64,000 nt of DNA from Nitrosopumilus sp. (GCA_965207445.1 CBDBLX010000002.1:160001-224000), one strand, 5' to 3'. Positions 21,858-32,950 are shown, counted from the stretch's first letter. Notes: a model not told the origin generated them from the letters alone. A program made the numbers and translations.

Positions 21858-22598
21858 ATGATAGCTGGCAAAGTTGCAATTATTACTGGTGCTAGTAGTG
21901 GAATTGGGCTTGCTACTGCACTTGCACTCTCAAGGGCTGGTGCAAAAGTTGCAATTGGTGCGCGTAGAGTCGATAATCTTGCAGAGTTGGCAGATACTAT
22001 AAAAAGTGAGGGTGGACATGTACTGTACAGAAAACTTGATGTCTCAAAGAGATCTGATTGTGACGAGTTTGCAGCAGCAGTTCTTGATGAGTGGGGTTCT
22101 ATTGATATATTGGTAAATAATGCGGGCTTGATGCCGCTGAGCTTTTTTCAAAACTTGAAGATTGATGAGTGGGATCGCATGATCGATGTAAATATCAAAG
22201 GTGTAATGTACTGCACAGCTTCTGTCATTAAACACATGAAGGATAAAAAATCAGGACATATAATTAATATATCTTCTGTGGCAGGAAGAACTGTCTTTCC
22301 GTCTGGTAGTGTGTACTGTGCCACAAAACATGCCGTTACTGCTTTGAGTGAAGGACTGAGGCAAGAGTTCAGTACACGATCAAACATACGTGTATCATGT
22401 ATTGAACCTGGTGTTGTGGATACTGAACTAACCTCAACTATAACTGATGAATCACTTGCTGACTTTGTCAAAAAAGCAAAAGAGATGACATCCCTCAGGG
22501 CAGAGGATATTGCATCTGCAATTGTATATGCTGCTGACTCACCACCACATGTTAATGTTAATGAGATTTTGATACGGCCCACAACACAAGAGCGCTAG
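21858..22598 (+). CDS. Short-chain dehydrogenase/reductase
   Basis: TGASSGIG, NNAG, YCATK. Confidence 0.95.
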   Translation: MIAGKVAIITGASSGIGLATALALSRAGAKVAIGARRVDNLAELADTIKSEGGHVLYRKLDVSKRSDCDEFAAAVLDEWGSIDILVNNAGLMPLSFFQNLKIDEWDRMIDVNIKGVMYCTASVIKHMKDKKSGHIINISSVAGRTVFPSGSVYCATKHAVTALSEGLRQEFSTRSNIRVSCIEPGVVDTELTSTITDESLADFVKKAKEMTSLRAEDIASAIVYAADSPPHVNVNEILIRPTTQER

Positions 22599-22904
22599 TA
22601 GTAGTAGTTTGATGCCCCACTCCCAACATCTTATCATTAAATTGAAATGTGTGAAATTAATTGACTATAACATTTTAATAAATGTCCATATGGAATTTTA
22701 AAATTTATTCTGACACAAATATTCTATGGATAACATGTGTTGTAACTATAAAGAGGTATCTATACATATTCAACTCAATTATTTTGTATATTTTAAAATA
22801 GTATTTATTTTTATGAATATATTTAAAACACATATCTAGTTTGTTTGTATCGTTTTTGAAATATTTGTAAACATAGTGGCATAAACGCAATTATTCGTAA
22901 TAAT

Positions 22905-23150
22905 TTATGATCTTTCTGATTCTATCTTTTCTCTTGCCATATACTCTAAAATTGCCTTTATCTCAACTCCCAAATTATCTGAATCCTTTTCCATGTCAAG
23001 TTTCTCTGGCAATTTCTCTTTGAGATTATCATCTTCCATCTTTATTCTTCTCTGTTGTATACAATCTATATGATCCGAATCAGTTGCAGATAACTTGTTG
23101 CATATGCGACAGATCTTCATTAATCTAACACTACGATTTAATAATTTCAA
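22905..23150 (-). CDS. Small hypothetical protein (CxxC...HxxC)
   Basis: MKICRIC...DHIDC; charged tail. Confidence 0.6.
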   Translation of the reverse strand: MKLLNRSVRLMKICRICNKLSATDSDHIDCIQQRRIKMEDDNLKEKLPEKLDMEKDSDNLGVEIKAILEYMAREKIESERS

Positions 23151-23167
23151 GTTTTGTAAATGAGCAG

Positions 23168-23244
23168 GGGATCGTCGTCTAGCTTGGTATGATACTAGTC
23201 TGGGGGGCTAGTGGTCGCAGGTTCAAATCCTGCCGGTCCCACCA
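23168..23244 (+). tRNA. tRNA-Pro(GGG)
   Basis: GGGATCG/CGGTCCC acceptor stem, CTAGT-CTGGGGG-GCTAG anticodon arm, TTCAAAT T-loop, ACCA end. Confidence 0.95.
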
Positions 23245-23641
23245 TTATCCTATTTTTTATATACTTTTGACACCAAACAACAACCGTTTGACTTTATACC
23301 TAAACAAAACACAACTAGTAAATTTTTGTCTAGTTTAAAAATACTGAGACGGGGCCTAGATTGTAAAAGAAATTATTAATAAATTGAGAATTTCTCGTAC
23401 TGTTTTAGTATGCATTTCTTGATGGCTTTCCACACTCAGAATATCTTTATGATACGTAATCCAAGTGATCTTGAAAAGACAAATAGTGCTATAATCATAT
23501 ATAGTATCTGAGTGAGTGTAGTCGTCATGTGTTTGTATATACTATGTATGAAATTTATTAATGACTACTAAAAGGATTACTTGTAATACATGAATTATTT
23601 TTAATATTACTCTGGATTTTTTAAAAATGACTAGTTATGTA

Positions 23642-24379
23642 TTAACCATCAATTTTGAGTGTCTCAAGTATTGTGTTAAAAGTTTGTTCATTTGGTGAGC
23701 TTTTATAGTCTCTCAAATTTGATATTATCTGATCTTTTGATGGTAAGGTCTTTTTGTATATTCTTTGAACTTTGTTTGCAATGGGTGATGAGATAAAGAT
23801 AGCTTGTGTGATGGATGTGACGTTTGATGGTCTTCGAATATCGCTGGCACTCTCAAAGTCAATTATCACTGGCTTGTCGTTTTTACCATATATGATAACA
23901 TGTTTTGATATATTGCTTATCTCACCATGATCTACTCCCCTCTTATCTAGTCTGTAACAGTCAGTTATGACAGAACGTATGACTCGCTTGAGTCTTGCAA
24001 TCGTATTTGGGCCCTTTAGACACTCTACCCAGTCACTTATTCTTTGACCATTGACATACTCCATGACAATAAAATTTCTACTATATGCATACAACTTTGG
24101 CCCCACACTCTCCTGATTTGCTTGCATTAATCGTGCTACTTCATGCATCATATTTTTTCTGGGCGCATCTGTTCGTCTTGCCTTTATTGCACAATACTTG
24201 TTGTGTGCGTCTTTTGCTAACATTACTACACCAGTATACCCTTTACCGAGCACTGTTATCTTACCAAGTGTAGTTGCTGAACCTGAAAACGAGACGGACT
24301 TTATACCCAAATTCAACAGTTCTTGTACCCTGGCTTTTTTCTGTCTTTGCGTTGCGTGTGGATATGCCAAGACTGCCAA
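23642..24379 (-). CDS. RIO/Bud32-like Ser/Thr protein kinase
   Basis: LGKGYTGVV, AIK, MEYV, HGEIS, IDFESA. Confidence 0.85.
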   Translation of the reverse strand: MAVLAYPHATQRQKKARVQELLNLGIKSVSFSGSATTLGKITVLGKGYTGVVMLAKDAHNKYCAIKARRTDAPRKNMMHEVARLMQANQESVGPKLYAYSRNFIVMEYVNGQRISDWVECLKGPNTIARLKRVIRSVITDCYRLDKRGVDHGEISNISKHVIIYGKNDKPVIIDFESASDIRRPSNVTSITQAIFISSPIANKVQRIYKKTLPSKDQIISNLRDYKSSPNEQTFNTILETLKIDG

Positions 24380-24404
24380 GGCATCAGAATTATTTGGTAT
24401 ATTC

Positions 24405-25796
24405 TCAGTTAAGATATACGATCGTCGTATCAGTTGAGATCACCTCCTCTGCTGCTTCTTTGATGGCCCCACTCAAATTCTTCTTCCCGATCCATACTTT
24501 GGGTGGTGTAGTCTGTCTTACTGGCAATAATGTGGCATTTTCTTTCAAGATATGTTTTACGTATTTGTCTGCTACTGTATATGATCTTCTTTTGAGTGCT
24601 ACAAGCCTTCCTTGCTTATCAACCCACATCATCTCAGTCTTATCTGCAAAACTTTTTTTTATGTACATGTCAACTTCTCTTCGCCTCTTAAACTCTGGAC
24701 CATATACATTGTATGTGAGTGGTATCGTAACAGAGTTCAAGAGCACAAAGAGGTATCCATGTCTGTTCTTCAAATCTACAAAAGTTCCATATCTGAGTAC
24801 TGGAAATCCGTCTTGCTCCATGAACCTTACAAGCTTTGTGACGGATTTTTTTATTTGTCCCCATATTGAATCAGGTGGCCGTTTCTCAAATCCAAACTTT
24901 ACTACCAGTATGTTGTTCCAACATGTATTTACTATTGTCTTTTTTTTACTTTTTTTCATACTGTTTGTATCAAAGAACTTGACTGTTGGTCTGTGCAAAA
25001 ATGATCTGCATGCTAATATGAACCTAATCATATTTGTATCTGATATTGCTGCTGCAAGGTTTCTGTTACTATCTATGGGATCCATTATGGTTATCATAGT
25101 ATTGAACTCTTTTGTGGCATGTCCTATTATATGACTAGAGTTAATATTTGCAAATTTTTTTATCGTTTTTTCACAACTCTCAAAATGTGTAATCAAAACC
25201 TCAGCGACATACCCGCTGAATCCATTTTTGGCAATTTGAGCACCATATAATCCATTGGCCATTAGGAATGCTTTGAGTAGTCTCACTTGATCTCTCTTCT
25301 TTTGGTCTAATTGTCTAGTCATGTATTCTGTGTGAATCTGTGACCTATCAGTTGCACTCTTCCACTCCCTTGACTCTATAATCTCATAACATGGAACCAC
25401 ATTTACTAATACACCTGGCTCAAATTCGGACTCTACATATGGATGCTCTGAGAACTTTATGTAAGGGTTATAGTCTTTGAGGGACTTTTTTCCTACATCA
25501 ACTCCGACATCTTTGAATTTCTTTCTATCTACATTATAATCAAATATGAGATAAATGTCAATATCCATCTCAGAGTTTGCAACCCATGTGTCTTTTCTAT
25601 AAGAACCACCTGTCTCTACTCTTTTGATCTCTGGGTGTTTTGTGGCCTCTTCATTAACTAGTGTTAAGAGTATATCGGCAATTCCATCGATCTTTGTCTG
25701 TTTCTCTTTTGTGGGTATGACAAAACTATGTGCTTGTTTTATTGCTTGTTGTGTGCTTTGTTTGTCATCTTGTGGCATTGTGAGTTTTTTGAGCAT
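24405..25796 (-). CDS. cca: CCA-adding enzyme (archaeal class I)
   Basis: GGSYRKDTW...DIDIY, EHPYV, VVPCY, SATDRS, GFSGYVAE. Confidence 0.95.
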   Translation of the reverse strand: MLKKLTMPQDDKQSTQQAIKQAHSFVIPTKEKQTKIDGIADILLTLVNEEATKHPEIKRVETGGSYRKDTWVANSEMDIDIYLIFDYNVDRKKFKDVGVDVGKKSLKDYNPYIKFSEHPYVESEFEPGVLVNVVPCYEIIESREWKSATDRSQIHTEYMTRQLDQKKRDQVRLLKAFLMANGLYGAQIAKNGFSGYVAEVLITHFESCEKTIKKFANINSSHIIGHATKEFNTMITIMDPIDSNRNLAAAISDTNMIRFILACRSFLHRPTVKFFDTNSMKKSKKKTIVNTCWNNILVVKFGFEKRPPDSIWGQIKKSVTKLVRFMEQDGFPVLRYGTFVDLKNRHGYLFVLLNSVTIPLTYNVYGPEFKRRREVDMYIKKSFADKTEMMWVDKQGRLVALKRRSYTVADKYVKHILKENATLLPVRQTTPPKVWIGKKNLSGAIKEAAEEVISTDTTIVYLN

Positions 25797-25798
25797 TT

Positions 25799-26503
25799 TT
25801 ATTCATCTCTTGATTTAATCACTGCAAGATCAGTATAGATCGGTCCCTTTGGTGTCAGTTGACTTTTTTTTAGTTTGATCTCTTTTATTTTTTGAATGCC
25901 AAATGTAGTATTTTTTAATATGTTCAATTTATTTGTAATCGACTGTTCTCTCATTTTAACCCTAAATATTGTACTGTGTGGCTTGAATGGTTTGTCTCTT
26001 TTGTATCCTAATGGCTCTAGTACTTTTGCTACCTTTTGTGCTAGTTCTGTTATGTTGCTGTTATTGTTATTGTGGTGATACTGACGATTTGTATTGTTGT
26101 GTTGTGTGCCGTTGTGTTGTGTGCCGTTGTGTTGTGTGCCGTTGTGTTGTGTGCCGTTGTGTTGTGTGCCGTTGTGTTGTGTGCCGTTGTGTGCTGTTAC
26201 TGCAATGGGCGTGTCTGCTCCTACCCATACTATCTTTGGCACCTTGGGGTTTGGAAACGCACCTACAGTCTTTATCTCTATATCAAACGGTACAAACTCT
26301 ATTGTTGAGAGTGCTGTTGTAATGGGTGCCTGTTTTGTATCTGGTATATCACCTAGAAATTGTAATGTAAAATGTAACATATCCGCATCGACTAGTTTAA
26401 TGCATTTGAGATCTGGTAGTGATTCTGTAAATTCTGTCTGTATATTTTTTATACTCTTAATTATATCAGAGTTGTTAATCTCTACTGCAACAAACACTCT
26501 CAT
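25799..26503 (-). CDS. thpR: RNA 2',3'-cyclic phosphodiesterase (2'-5' RNA ligase family)
   Basis: MRVFVAV, HFTLQFLG, FKPHST, GPIY; carries an internal tandem repeat. Confidence 0.9.
   Translation of the reverse strand: MRVFVAVEINNSDIIKSIKNIQTEFTESLPDLKCIKLVDADMLHFTLQFLGDIPDTKQAPITTALSTIEFVPFDIEIKTVGAFPNPKVPKIVWVGADTPIAVTAHNGTQHNGTQHNGTQHNGTQHNGTQHNGTQHNNTNRQYHHNNNNSNITELAQKVAKVLEPLGYKRDKPFKPHSTIFRVKMREQSITNKLNILKNTTFGIQKIKEIKLKKSQLTPKGPIYTDLAVIKSRDE
26096..26193 (-). repeat. 15-bp in-frame tandem repeat encoding (HNGTQ)x6
   Basis: (GTTGTGTTGTGTGCC)n on the + strand. Confidence 0.95.
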
Positions 26504-26570
26504 GCAGTTTTGTCATATATCTTACTAAAAAATTTAGATAGATGTGTTCAAACTGGTATTTGTGATATAA

Positions 26571-27140
26571 TTGAGGGGAAAACTGATCGTCTGTCTGACA
26601 GGGATGCCTGGTGCAGGCAAGTCTACTATAGCAGATGGATTACGTGCTCGTGGATTTGATGTAGTAGTTATGGGTGATGCTATAAGGGAGGAGGCAAAAC
26701 GGCGAAACTTAGAACCCACTCATTCAAATTTTGCCATTATTATGATGGAGTTGCGCAAAAAAAATGGACCGGGTGCAATAGCAGAGTTAACAAAACCAAA
26801 AATTTTACAGTCAAAATCTGATGTAATACTCGTTGATGGCGTGCGCTCTAATGATGAAATTGCGTCACTCTCGGATCTTGGAGTTTTGAAAATTTTGGCA
26901 GTTCATGCATCTACTGATAATCGGTTTGAATTTTTAAAGACAAGAAAGAGGTATGATGATCCACATACACGTGACCACTTTGATCAGAGAGATTCACGTG
27001 AACTCTCAGTTGGAATAAATGATTCTATTGCATTATCTGATTATGTATTATCAAATGATGGTCTTACAAAAAAAGGTCTAGTGGATGAGGCATTTCGTGT
27101 AATTTCAAAATGGCAAAAAGATCTTAATCAACTCAATTAA
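26571..27140 (+). CDS. P-loop nucleotide kinase (archaeal dephospho-CoA kinase-like)
   Basis: GMPGAGKS, MGDAIRE, DGVRS, RD.REL..G. Confidence 0.85.
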   Translation: MRGKLIVCLTGMPGAGKSTIADGLRARGFDVVVMGDAIREEAKRRNLEPTHSNFAIIMMELRKKNGPGAIAELTKPKILQSKSDVILVDGVRSNDEIASLSDLGVLKILAVHASTDNRFEFLKTRKRYDDPHTRDHFDQRDSRELSVGINDSIALSDYVLSNDGLTKKGLVDEAFRVISKWQKDLNQLN

Positions 27141-27146
27141 CATGCA

Positions 27147-27563
27147 ATGATGATGATTATAATGATTAAACCATTTACACTTCCAATCAATATTGCAGTT
27201 TTTGCTGCTGTACATCCTTCAGAGGATCCAGATAAAGTCAAGACTGCCATATGTAATGTCTTTGATGGTACAACGAGTAGCCGAGCTTTTTCTGTTCATG
27301 CAAATTCAACTGATCTGTTCTCCCTTGAGATTATACGTGAGTCGATTCGTACACGTACTATTGGTTCTGCATATAGGCGTAATATGATGACAAATACTCT
27401 AAAAGACACCACGTGGTTTTATCTCAACAAACAAGCAGCTTTTGCAGGTCACGTGGCAATCTGTAAAGAGGCAGACGAGTCCCCACTCGGACCGATCAAA
27501 ATTACCATCACATGTTCTGATTTAATGCAGTTCATAGACTGGTTTGTGTCTGTTGCAGATTAG
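27147..27563 (+). CDS. DUF54/UPF0201 RNA-binding-like protein
   Basis: HPSEDPDKV..AI, LNKQAAFAG, ESPLGPI. Confidence 0.85.
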   Translation: MMMIIMIKPFTLPINIAVFAAVHPSEDPDKVKTAICNVFDGTTSSRAFSVHANSTDLFSLEIIRESIRTRTIGSAYRRNMMTNTLKDTTWFYLNKQAAFAGHVAICKEADESPLGPIKITITCSDLMQFIDWFVSVAD

Positions 27564-27865
27564 ATGTTGCCATTTTATACAAAGCATATCAGATACTATA
27601 AATGAGTAATTTACGAGTTCTTGTCCGATGAACTGGATGTGGCATGTTTGTTATTTACAACTATGCTCTTTGTACTATAATGATAATGCTAGATTCATCG
27701 AATTCTAAATTCTCTGTTATAAAGTAATTAACCCAATACTACTCTAAAGATGGTTGACAATGCAACTCGGAAATTAATATACAAAAATGAATAATATTTC
27801 CAACTCTTGGGTTGATTAAAAACTATATTTTTTGTTGTTAAATACTATTTACTATATCAAATATC

Positions 27866-28204
27866 ATGATAGTGAAACTTGCTATTATTGTAGGGCTGGT
27901 TATATTGGGCGGTCTTATATTTTCTAATGAAATTGTTAAATTGTTTCCTAGTACTGCATCCACTGTACCAGACCTGTTAAAGTCTGATGTTGAAAAGATA
28001 AGTAATGAGACTACTGGTTTTGTTGATGATAAATTGTCTGAGACAAGCGAACATATCACTCAAGCAGTAAATGACACTACTGGTAGCATAATTGATAATG
28101 TACAAGACATACAAGAGCGTGTGATAAATGAGACCTCTGGGCTAAATCCATTTGATTCTGTTCAAGATATTTTAACAGATAACAAAAATGATGATGCAGA
28201 ATAA
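27866..28204 (+). CDS. Membrane-anchored hypothetical protein
   Basis: N-terminal TM, acidic helical body. Confidence 0.65.
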   Translation: MIVKLAIIVGLVILGGLIFSNEIVKLFPSTASTVPDLLKSDVEKISNETTGFVDDKLSETSEHITQAVNDTTGSIIDNVQDIQERVINETSGLNPFDSVQDILTDNKNDDAE

Positions 28205-28261
28205 TTTTTTATATGTAATATAATATATTAAAATATTATATATATAAAAATATGAGAATTA

Positions 28262-29062
28262 GGTTTTCTCTTGCAAACGCAGTTGATTGGTGTTTATATG
28301 AACTTTTTATCTGAATTTGGTATTTGAGGCTGAAAAAGTGTAAATTTTTAGTACTTTATTGCATGACTGTGACGATAGTTTGGAATAGTTTTTCTGCGCC
28401 CGCACCACCACTCTTTGTCTAAGAGTTTGTATGCACCCACCACATACTTGCATATCTTTTTTCCACCTGCATTGGACTCGCACTGACATCTCATTGCAAG
28501 TGAACAAGCGACACCGCATACAACAGATTGCACAGTTTGTTATACGACTGTACATTTAATCGAGCTCAGTGTAGTTATGGCACCTGCAATGCATACAATC
28601 TGAATTCCTGCTTTTCCTAATTGCATCAATCTGAGCCTTGGAGCGTCTCTACTTGCCAGACTTTGGGTTGTCATTTTCTAATGTTTTTGATCTTGATTGG
28701 GTAGTTTCGTCTACCACCTTTTCTTCCTGAACTGTTTTTTGTTTCATTGTACACATATCACCAATTGGATATATAAGCATTTGTGTGCAATCCGATATCA
28801 GTGACGTTATAACGTTGGATTGACAACAATAAACATGACTAAATGGGCTGCCAATGCCACTGAATTCCAAGTATCCATAACCCACAACGTGAAAAGGGGT
28901 ACCAGTTACTCGTACATTCCAAAGCCGGTCCTTGCCAAACTTGGTAACCCGGAGGGTTTGAAGTTTATCATACGTGGCGACAAAATACTAGTTACGTGTC
29001 CGGATTGACTACAACGGTTCGAATCTGTATTAATTGTCACTAACCACGTTTGCAGGAGAACC
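28262..29062 (-). mobile_element. Internally deleted derivative of the IS6 element at 37862-39731
   Basis: Both TIRs present (GGTTTTCTCTTGCAAACGC...CGTTTGCAGGAGAACC); transposase 5' part decayed, DDE region deleted. Confidence 0.9.
28835..29008 (+). CDS. IS-borne AbrB/MazE-like small protein
   Basis: SYSYIPKPVLAKLGNPEGLKFII; same protein encoded at 37916-38089. Confidence 0.7.
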   Translation: MTKWAANATEFQVSITHNVKRGTSYSYIPKPVLAKLGNPEGLKFIIRGDKILVTCPD

Positions 29063-29222
29063 CATACACAGAGCTCGGTTCACACCATTTTACTACTAGC
29101 ACAATAACTACCAAACATATCATTACTAAATGACCCTATTCAGTTAATATTGCCACCCAGCTGTAATTCAAAGTATAATATTATCACTTTTTATTTTGAA
29201 AATAATTTATTGCATAATTACT

Positions 29223-30125
29223 CTACACAACCAAAATCTCCAACATGTCAGTTGCAGTTGTCACACTAGGGTGAATCTTTTGCGCTTGCAATAGGTGTTC
29301 TTTGTCATCTTTATATCTTGCAGAAAAGTGTGTCAGAATTAAATTTTTTACACCAGCTGATTTTGCAAGCATGGCCGCCTGCGTTGCAGTAGAGTGTCTA
29401 GTGTCTACTGCTCTCTGCTCATGCTCATCTACAAAGGTGCCATCAAATACTAAATAATCACATTTTGCAAAAAATTCTTGCAACTCTACACTAGGTGTGG
29501 TATCACCTGATATACCTATTGTCTTTCCTACTTTTTCCTCACCTAACACTTGTTCGGGGCGTATTACTGCCCCATCTACTGTTATGTCTAATCCTCGTTG
29601 GAGTTTTCCCCATAGATGTCCTCTTGGCACTTTGAGTTTTTTGGCATTCTCAACATTAAACTCACCTGGCCTGTTTTTTTCACGCAACATGTATGAAAAT
29701 GCAGTGATCGTGTGGCTTGCTTTGCATGCATATATCTCGTATTTGTTATTGTAATCTACAATCTTACCTTGCTTTACTGTATTGATGGTTATCTGAAACG
29801 ATGGTATAAAGTTGAGCATTCTAATGTTTGTAGTGACAAACTCGTTTATGCCGGCAGGCCCGAATATCTCAAGTGGAGTCGTTCTATGTTGCATGGACAT
29901 GGTCTGCAACATACCTAGTATTCCTATACAATGATCCCCGTGCAGATGTGTGATGAATATCTTCATCTTTTTGTTCCATCCTAGTTTTGCTTTTGCGTAT
30001 GCCATCTGTGATCCTTCACCTGCATCAAATACAATAATCTCATTGTCAGTATCAATACATGTGCATGAGAGACCTCTTGATGCTGTGGGCTGTGAGCCTG
30101 AAGTTCCTAAAAAGATGATTCTCAT
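29223..30125 (-). CDS. rnz: Ribonuclease Z
   Basis: FLGTSGSQPT, DAGEG, THLHGDH, SGDT, HST, LTHFSARY. Confidence 0.96.
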   Translation of the reverse strand: MRIIFLGTSGSQPTASRGLSCTCIDTDNEIIVFDAGEGSQMAYAKAKLGWNKKMKIFITHLHGDHCIGILGMLQTMSMQHRTTPLEIFGPAGINEFVTTNIRMLNFIPSFQITINTVKQGKIVDYNNKYEIYACKASHTITAFSYMLREKNRPGEFNVENAKKLKVPRGHLWGKLQRGLDITVDGAVIRPEQVLGEEKVGKTIGISGDTTPSVELQEFFAKCDYLVFDGTFVDEHEQRAVDTRHSTATQAAMLAKSAGVKNLILTHFSARYKDDKEHLLQAQKIHPSVTTATDMLEILVV

Positions 30126-30225
30126 ATAGTGATTTGTTATGGGTATACTTTATGCCTAACCATATGTTGTTTTGTTAATTGTGTATGGTATGATTTTGTG
30201 TATTTATTCACTTTTGGTATTTATG

Positions 30226-31146
30226 CTATTTTTCTATAACTTTCACTATTGCATCTGATACATCAACTTTGGCAGTAGTTGTATTTGGTATCGTATTGGT
30301 GCTGATTATCTTGTTCACACCTGCCTTTTTGATCTTTGATCTTGCACCATCTACAAGTAGCGCGTGTGTACATGCAACAAAGATTTTGTTGCTGTTTTGA
30401 CTCTTTAGAAACTGTGCAGATTTTACTATACTACCACCGGTACTTATCATATCATCGATAATTATCGCGTCCTTTCCTCTCACTATACTTGCTTTTTTAG
30501 TCTTGATGCAAACTTCTCCTGTCTTTCTATCCCTTGATTTTTCAAGTATAATGTGGTCGCATCCTAACTCTTTTGCAAATTGTTGCGCCCTCTGTGCCCC
30601 ACCTTTGTCCGGTGATATCACAATGGGATTTTTGATATGGTGTTGCATTGCGGTGTCAAAATATTTAGCAAGCGCAGGTATTGCAGTCACGTTCTTGGCA
30701 TGACGTCCTAGTAGTGTGAGTCCTTTTGTACTATGTATATCAACTATGATAATTTTAACAACACCCATTTTTTTGAGCAGAGTACCGATCACCTTTACTG
30801 TTATGATCTCACCTTTGAGAAACTCGGCATCTTGTCTTGCATATCCCATGTATGGTATCACAATGGTTATGTCAGATGTACTCTCCTTTACTTTTGATAT
30901 CAAACATAGCGCTCTGAATAGATTGGTATCTACTGGCATGTGCAATGACTGCACTATTATCACTTTACTGTTTTTTGGTATCTTGGCACAAAGTCTTATC
31001 TTACTCTCTCCATCAGAAAACACACGTATCTCTGATTTGATCAGTTTTGCGCCAAGTTTGTCTGCTATACTGTCTGCTATACTGTCTACCATACTATCTA
31101 TTTGATTGGATATTACGCATGTCGTTTTTGCTCTTTTACTTTTCAT
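30226..31146 (-). CDS. prs: Ribose-phosphate pyrophosphokinase
   Basis: FSDGE, PYMGYARQD, SPDKGG, DDMISTGGS. Confidence 0.95.
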   Translation of the reverse strand: MKSKRAKTTCVISNQIDSMVDSIADSIADKLGAKLIKSEIRVFSDGESKIRLCAKIPKNSKVIIVQSLHMPVDTNLFRALCLISKVKESTSDITIVIPYMGYARQDAEFLKGEIITVKVIGTLLKKMGVVKIIIVDIHSTKGLTLLGRHAKNVTAIPALAKYFDTAMQHHIKNPIVISPDKGGAQRAQQFAKELGCDHIILEKSRDRKTGEVCIKTKKASIVRGKDAIIIDDMISTGGSIVKSAQFLKSQNSNKIFVACTHALLVDGARSKIKKAGVNKIISTNTIPNTTTAKVDVSDAIVKVIEK

Positions 31147-31189
31147 ACTTGGCTATGTTTATGCCTGTATCTTAAGTCTTGAGAGTTTA

Positions 31190-32950
31190 TCAATCATTAT
31201 CATTATCGGCGCGTCCAATATCCCCTGTACCATACTCGTCGATGACTTTCTCTCTTTGCTCATCTAACATGCCAATCTCTTGGTCCTCTCTCTTCTCATC
31301 TCCGTGATATATGGTCCTGATTGGCCACGGAATCCTAATGTCGTATTTTTTAAACTCTTCGTACATTATCATGCGCATATCAGTTGTGGTTTTGAACTGT
31401 GCTCCATAGTCACGAACATACACCCATAATGAAAAGTCAAGTGATGAGTCATTAAAGTTTGTAAATCTGACTACTGGCTGTGTGAGTTCTACATGTAAGT
31501 CCTTGTCGCATCCGCAACTTGGTTTGTTCTGACTTCGATATGGACATACAGACTGCCTGACAAGATGCCTTCCCTTTGTGTCTACGACCTCTACCATTGC
31601 ACGCTGTCCTATCTTTACCAAAATGGATGCGACTTGTCTTGGATTGTTCAAATATGAGACTCCTACTTTGACTATTGCAGGTACTAGTTTGTTCTCTTTG
31701 GTGTAGTTTATGATCTGAGCTGAGGTTAAACTGCTTGTGGGTATGATTGCTATTGACTCGTATAATGCGTCTATAATATACGTGACTAGTGGCGTAATCT
31801 TGTGTACATTTCCATTGTATCCCGATTCTAATTGCACTCTGTCTCCTTCAATTACGATCTTGTCCTTTCTAATTCTCAGATATGCAAAGTAGCTCTTCAT
31901 AGTCTCTTGCAACGCTAGTCCAAGACCTATTGAGAACCCACCTGTTGCAGTCGCAACTACAAATAGATCTACGCCCCACCATCCTAACACGCCCAAAAAA
32001 ATGAGTGCAAACACTCCAACTGGCAATATCTGCTTCATAGACTTGGGAAGTCCCTTTCTCTTCTTTTTTGCATATCCGGGTGGGTATGAGCTTGGGATGA
32101 TCGGTTCATACCCTCTTAGTCGTTTCTCTTCTCTCCATATGTCAATAGGGTATATCTCTTCAGGTTTGGCATTTGGCTTTAGCTTTACCCCTGAATTATT
32201 GTTCCCACTTATACAATTATCATAATACTCTGAGTATTTGACGCGCTCTGATCTCTTCCATTGCTCTAGTGGATCCTTTACTCTTTTTTCATAGACGCCT
32301 ATCGAGTTTCCTTTTGATGTTCGAAACTGCTCGAGTCGTTTTTGACCCTCTTTTGTCTTTAGGAGAATTTGGTACTCTTCTTGCGACATGTCCTCTGGTG
32401 CCTCTTTTGGTGGAATCCATTTGTATAGTTTGTAAAAGAGATCATCTTTATCATCTACAAACCCCCGCATCTCAAACCATGCATCAAAATCTATCTTTTC
32501 TTGCATTCCACGTTCTCGCTTTGTTAGTATTATGGGAATTAGATGTGATATTGAATAACCTATTACAAGTATGTTAAAAGTATTGAGTATCTTTGCAAAT
32601 ACTGTACTTGCAGTGTGCGCCTCTCCTTGCATTAACTCCATGTCTATGAACTCTTCTCCTACCAAGATGGTTGCTTGGACGTGTACATTGACTATTGTAA
32701 TTAAGATAAATGCAAATACTGGCAACATGACACTGCGCATGAATCTGGAGATATGCGGCCTCTCATAGTAGAATCTCTGCGATCTTACCCACGATGAGAA
32801 CTTTTTGTATACTATTGTAATGGCTATTACCCCCACTGCCAAGATGATAAATGCAATCTGAAGTGATTCGGATATTGCAAGTAAATGTGAAACGGCCTCA
32901 AACTCGCCTACTGTAATCTGTGATAACTCTTCTACCATTATATCATACAC
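31190..32950 (-). CDS. MscS-family mechanosensitive channel
   Basis: TM helices, GLALQE, GDRVQL, VGVSY, FNDSSLDF, IRIPWP. Confidence 0.88.
   Translation of the reverse strand: MYDIMVEELSQITVGEFEAVSHLLAISESLQIAFIILAVGVIAITIVYKKFSSWVRSQRFYYERPHISRFMRSVMLPVFAFILITIVNVHVQATILVGEEFIDMELMQGEAHTASTVFAKILNTFNILVIGYSISHLIPIILTKRERGMQEKIDFDAWFEMRGFVDDKDDLFYKLYKWIPPKEAPEDMSQEEYQILLKTKEGQKRLEQFRTSKGNSIGVYEKRVKDPLEQWKRSERVKYSEYYDNCISGNNNSGVKLKPNAKPEEIYPIDIWREEKRLRGYEPIIPSSYPPGYAKKKRKGLPKSMKQILPVGVFALIFLGVLGWWGVDLFVVATATGGFSIGLGLALQETMKSYFAYLRIRKDKIVIEGDRVQLESGYNGNVHKITPLVTYIIDALYESIAIIPTSSLTSAQIINYTKENKLVPAIVKVGVSYLNNPRQVASILVKIGQRAMVEVVDTKGRHLVRQSVCPYRSQNKPSCGCDKDLHVELTQPVVRFTNFNDSSLDFSLWVYVRDYGAQFKTTTDMRMIMYEEFKKYDIRIPWPIRTIYHGDEKREDQEIGMLDEQREKVIDEYGTGDIGRADNDND

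Noticed and set aside
24274..25134. Long + strand ORFs (also 56887-57666 and 58464-59162)
   Set aside because: Antisense to well-supported genes (cca, lysC, pcn).
25987..26528. Cys-rich repeat ORFs on the + strand (CCVPL/CVVCR)
   Set aside because: Antisense shadows of the HNGTQ repeat in thpR.
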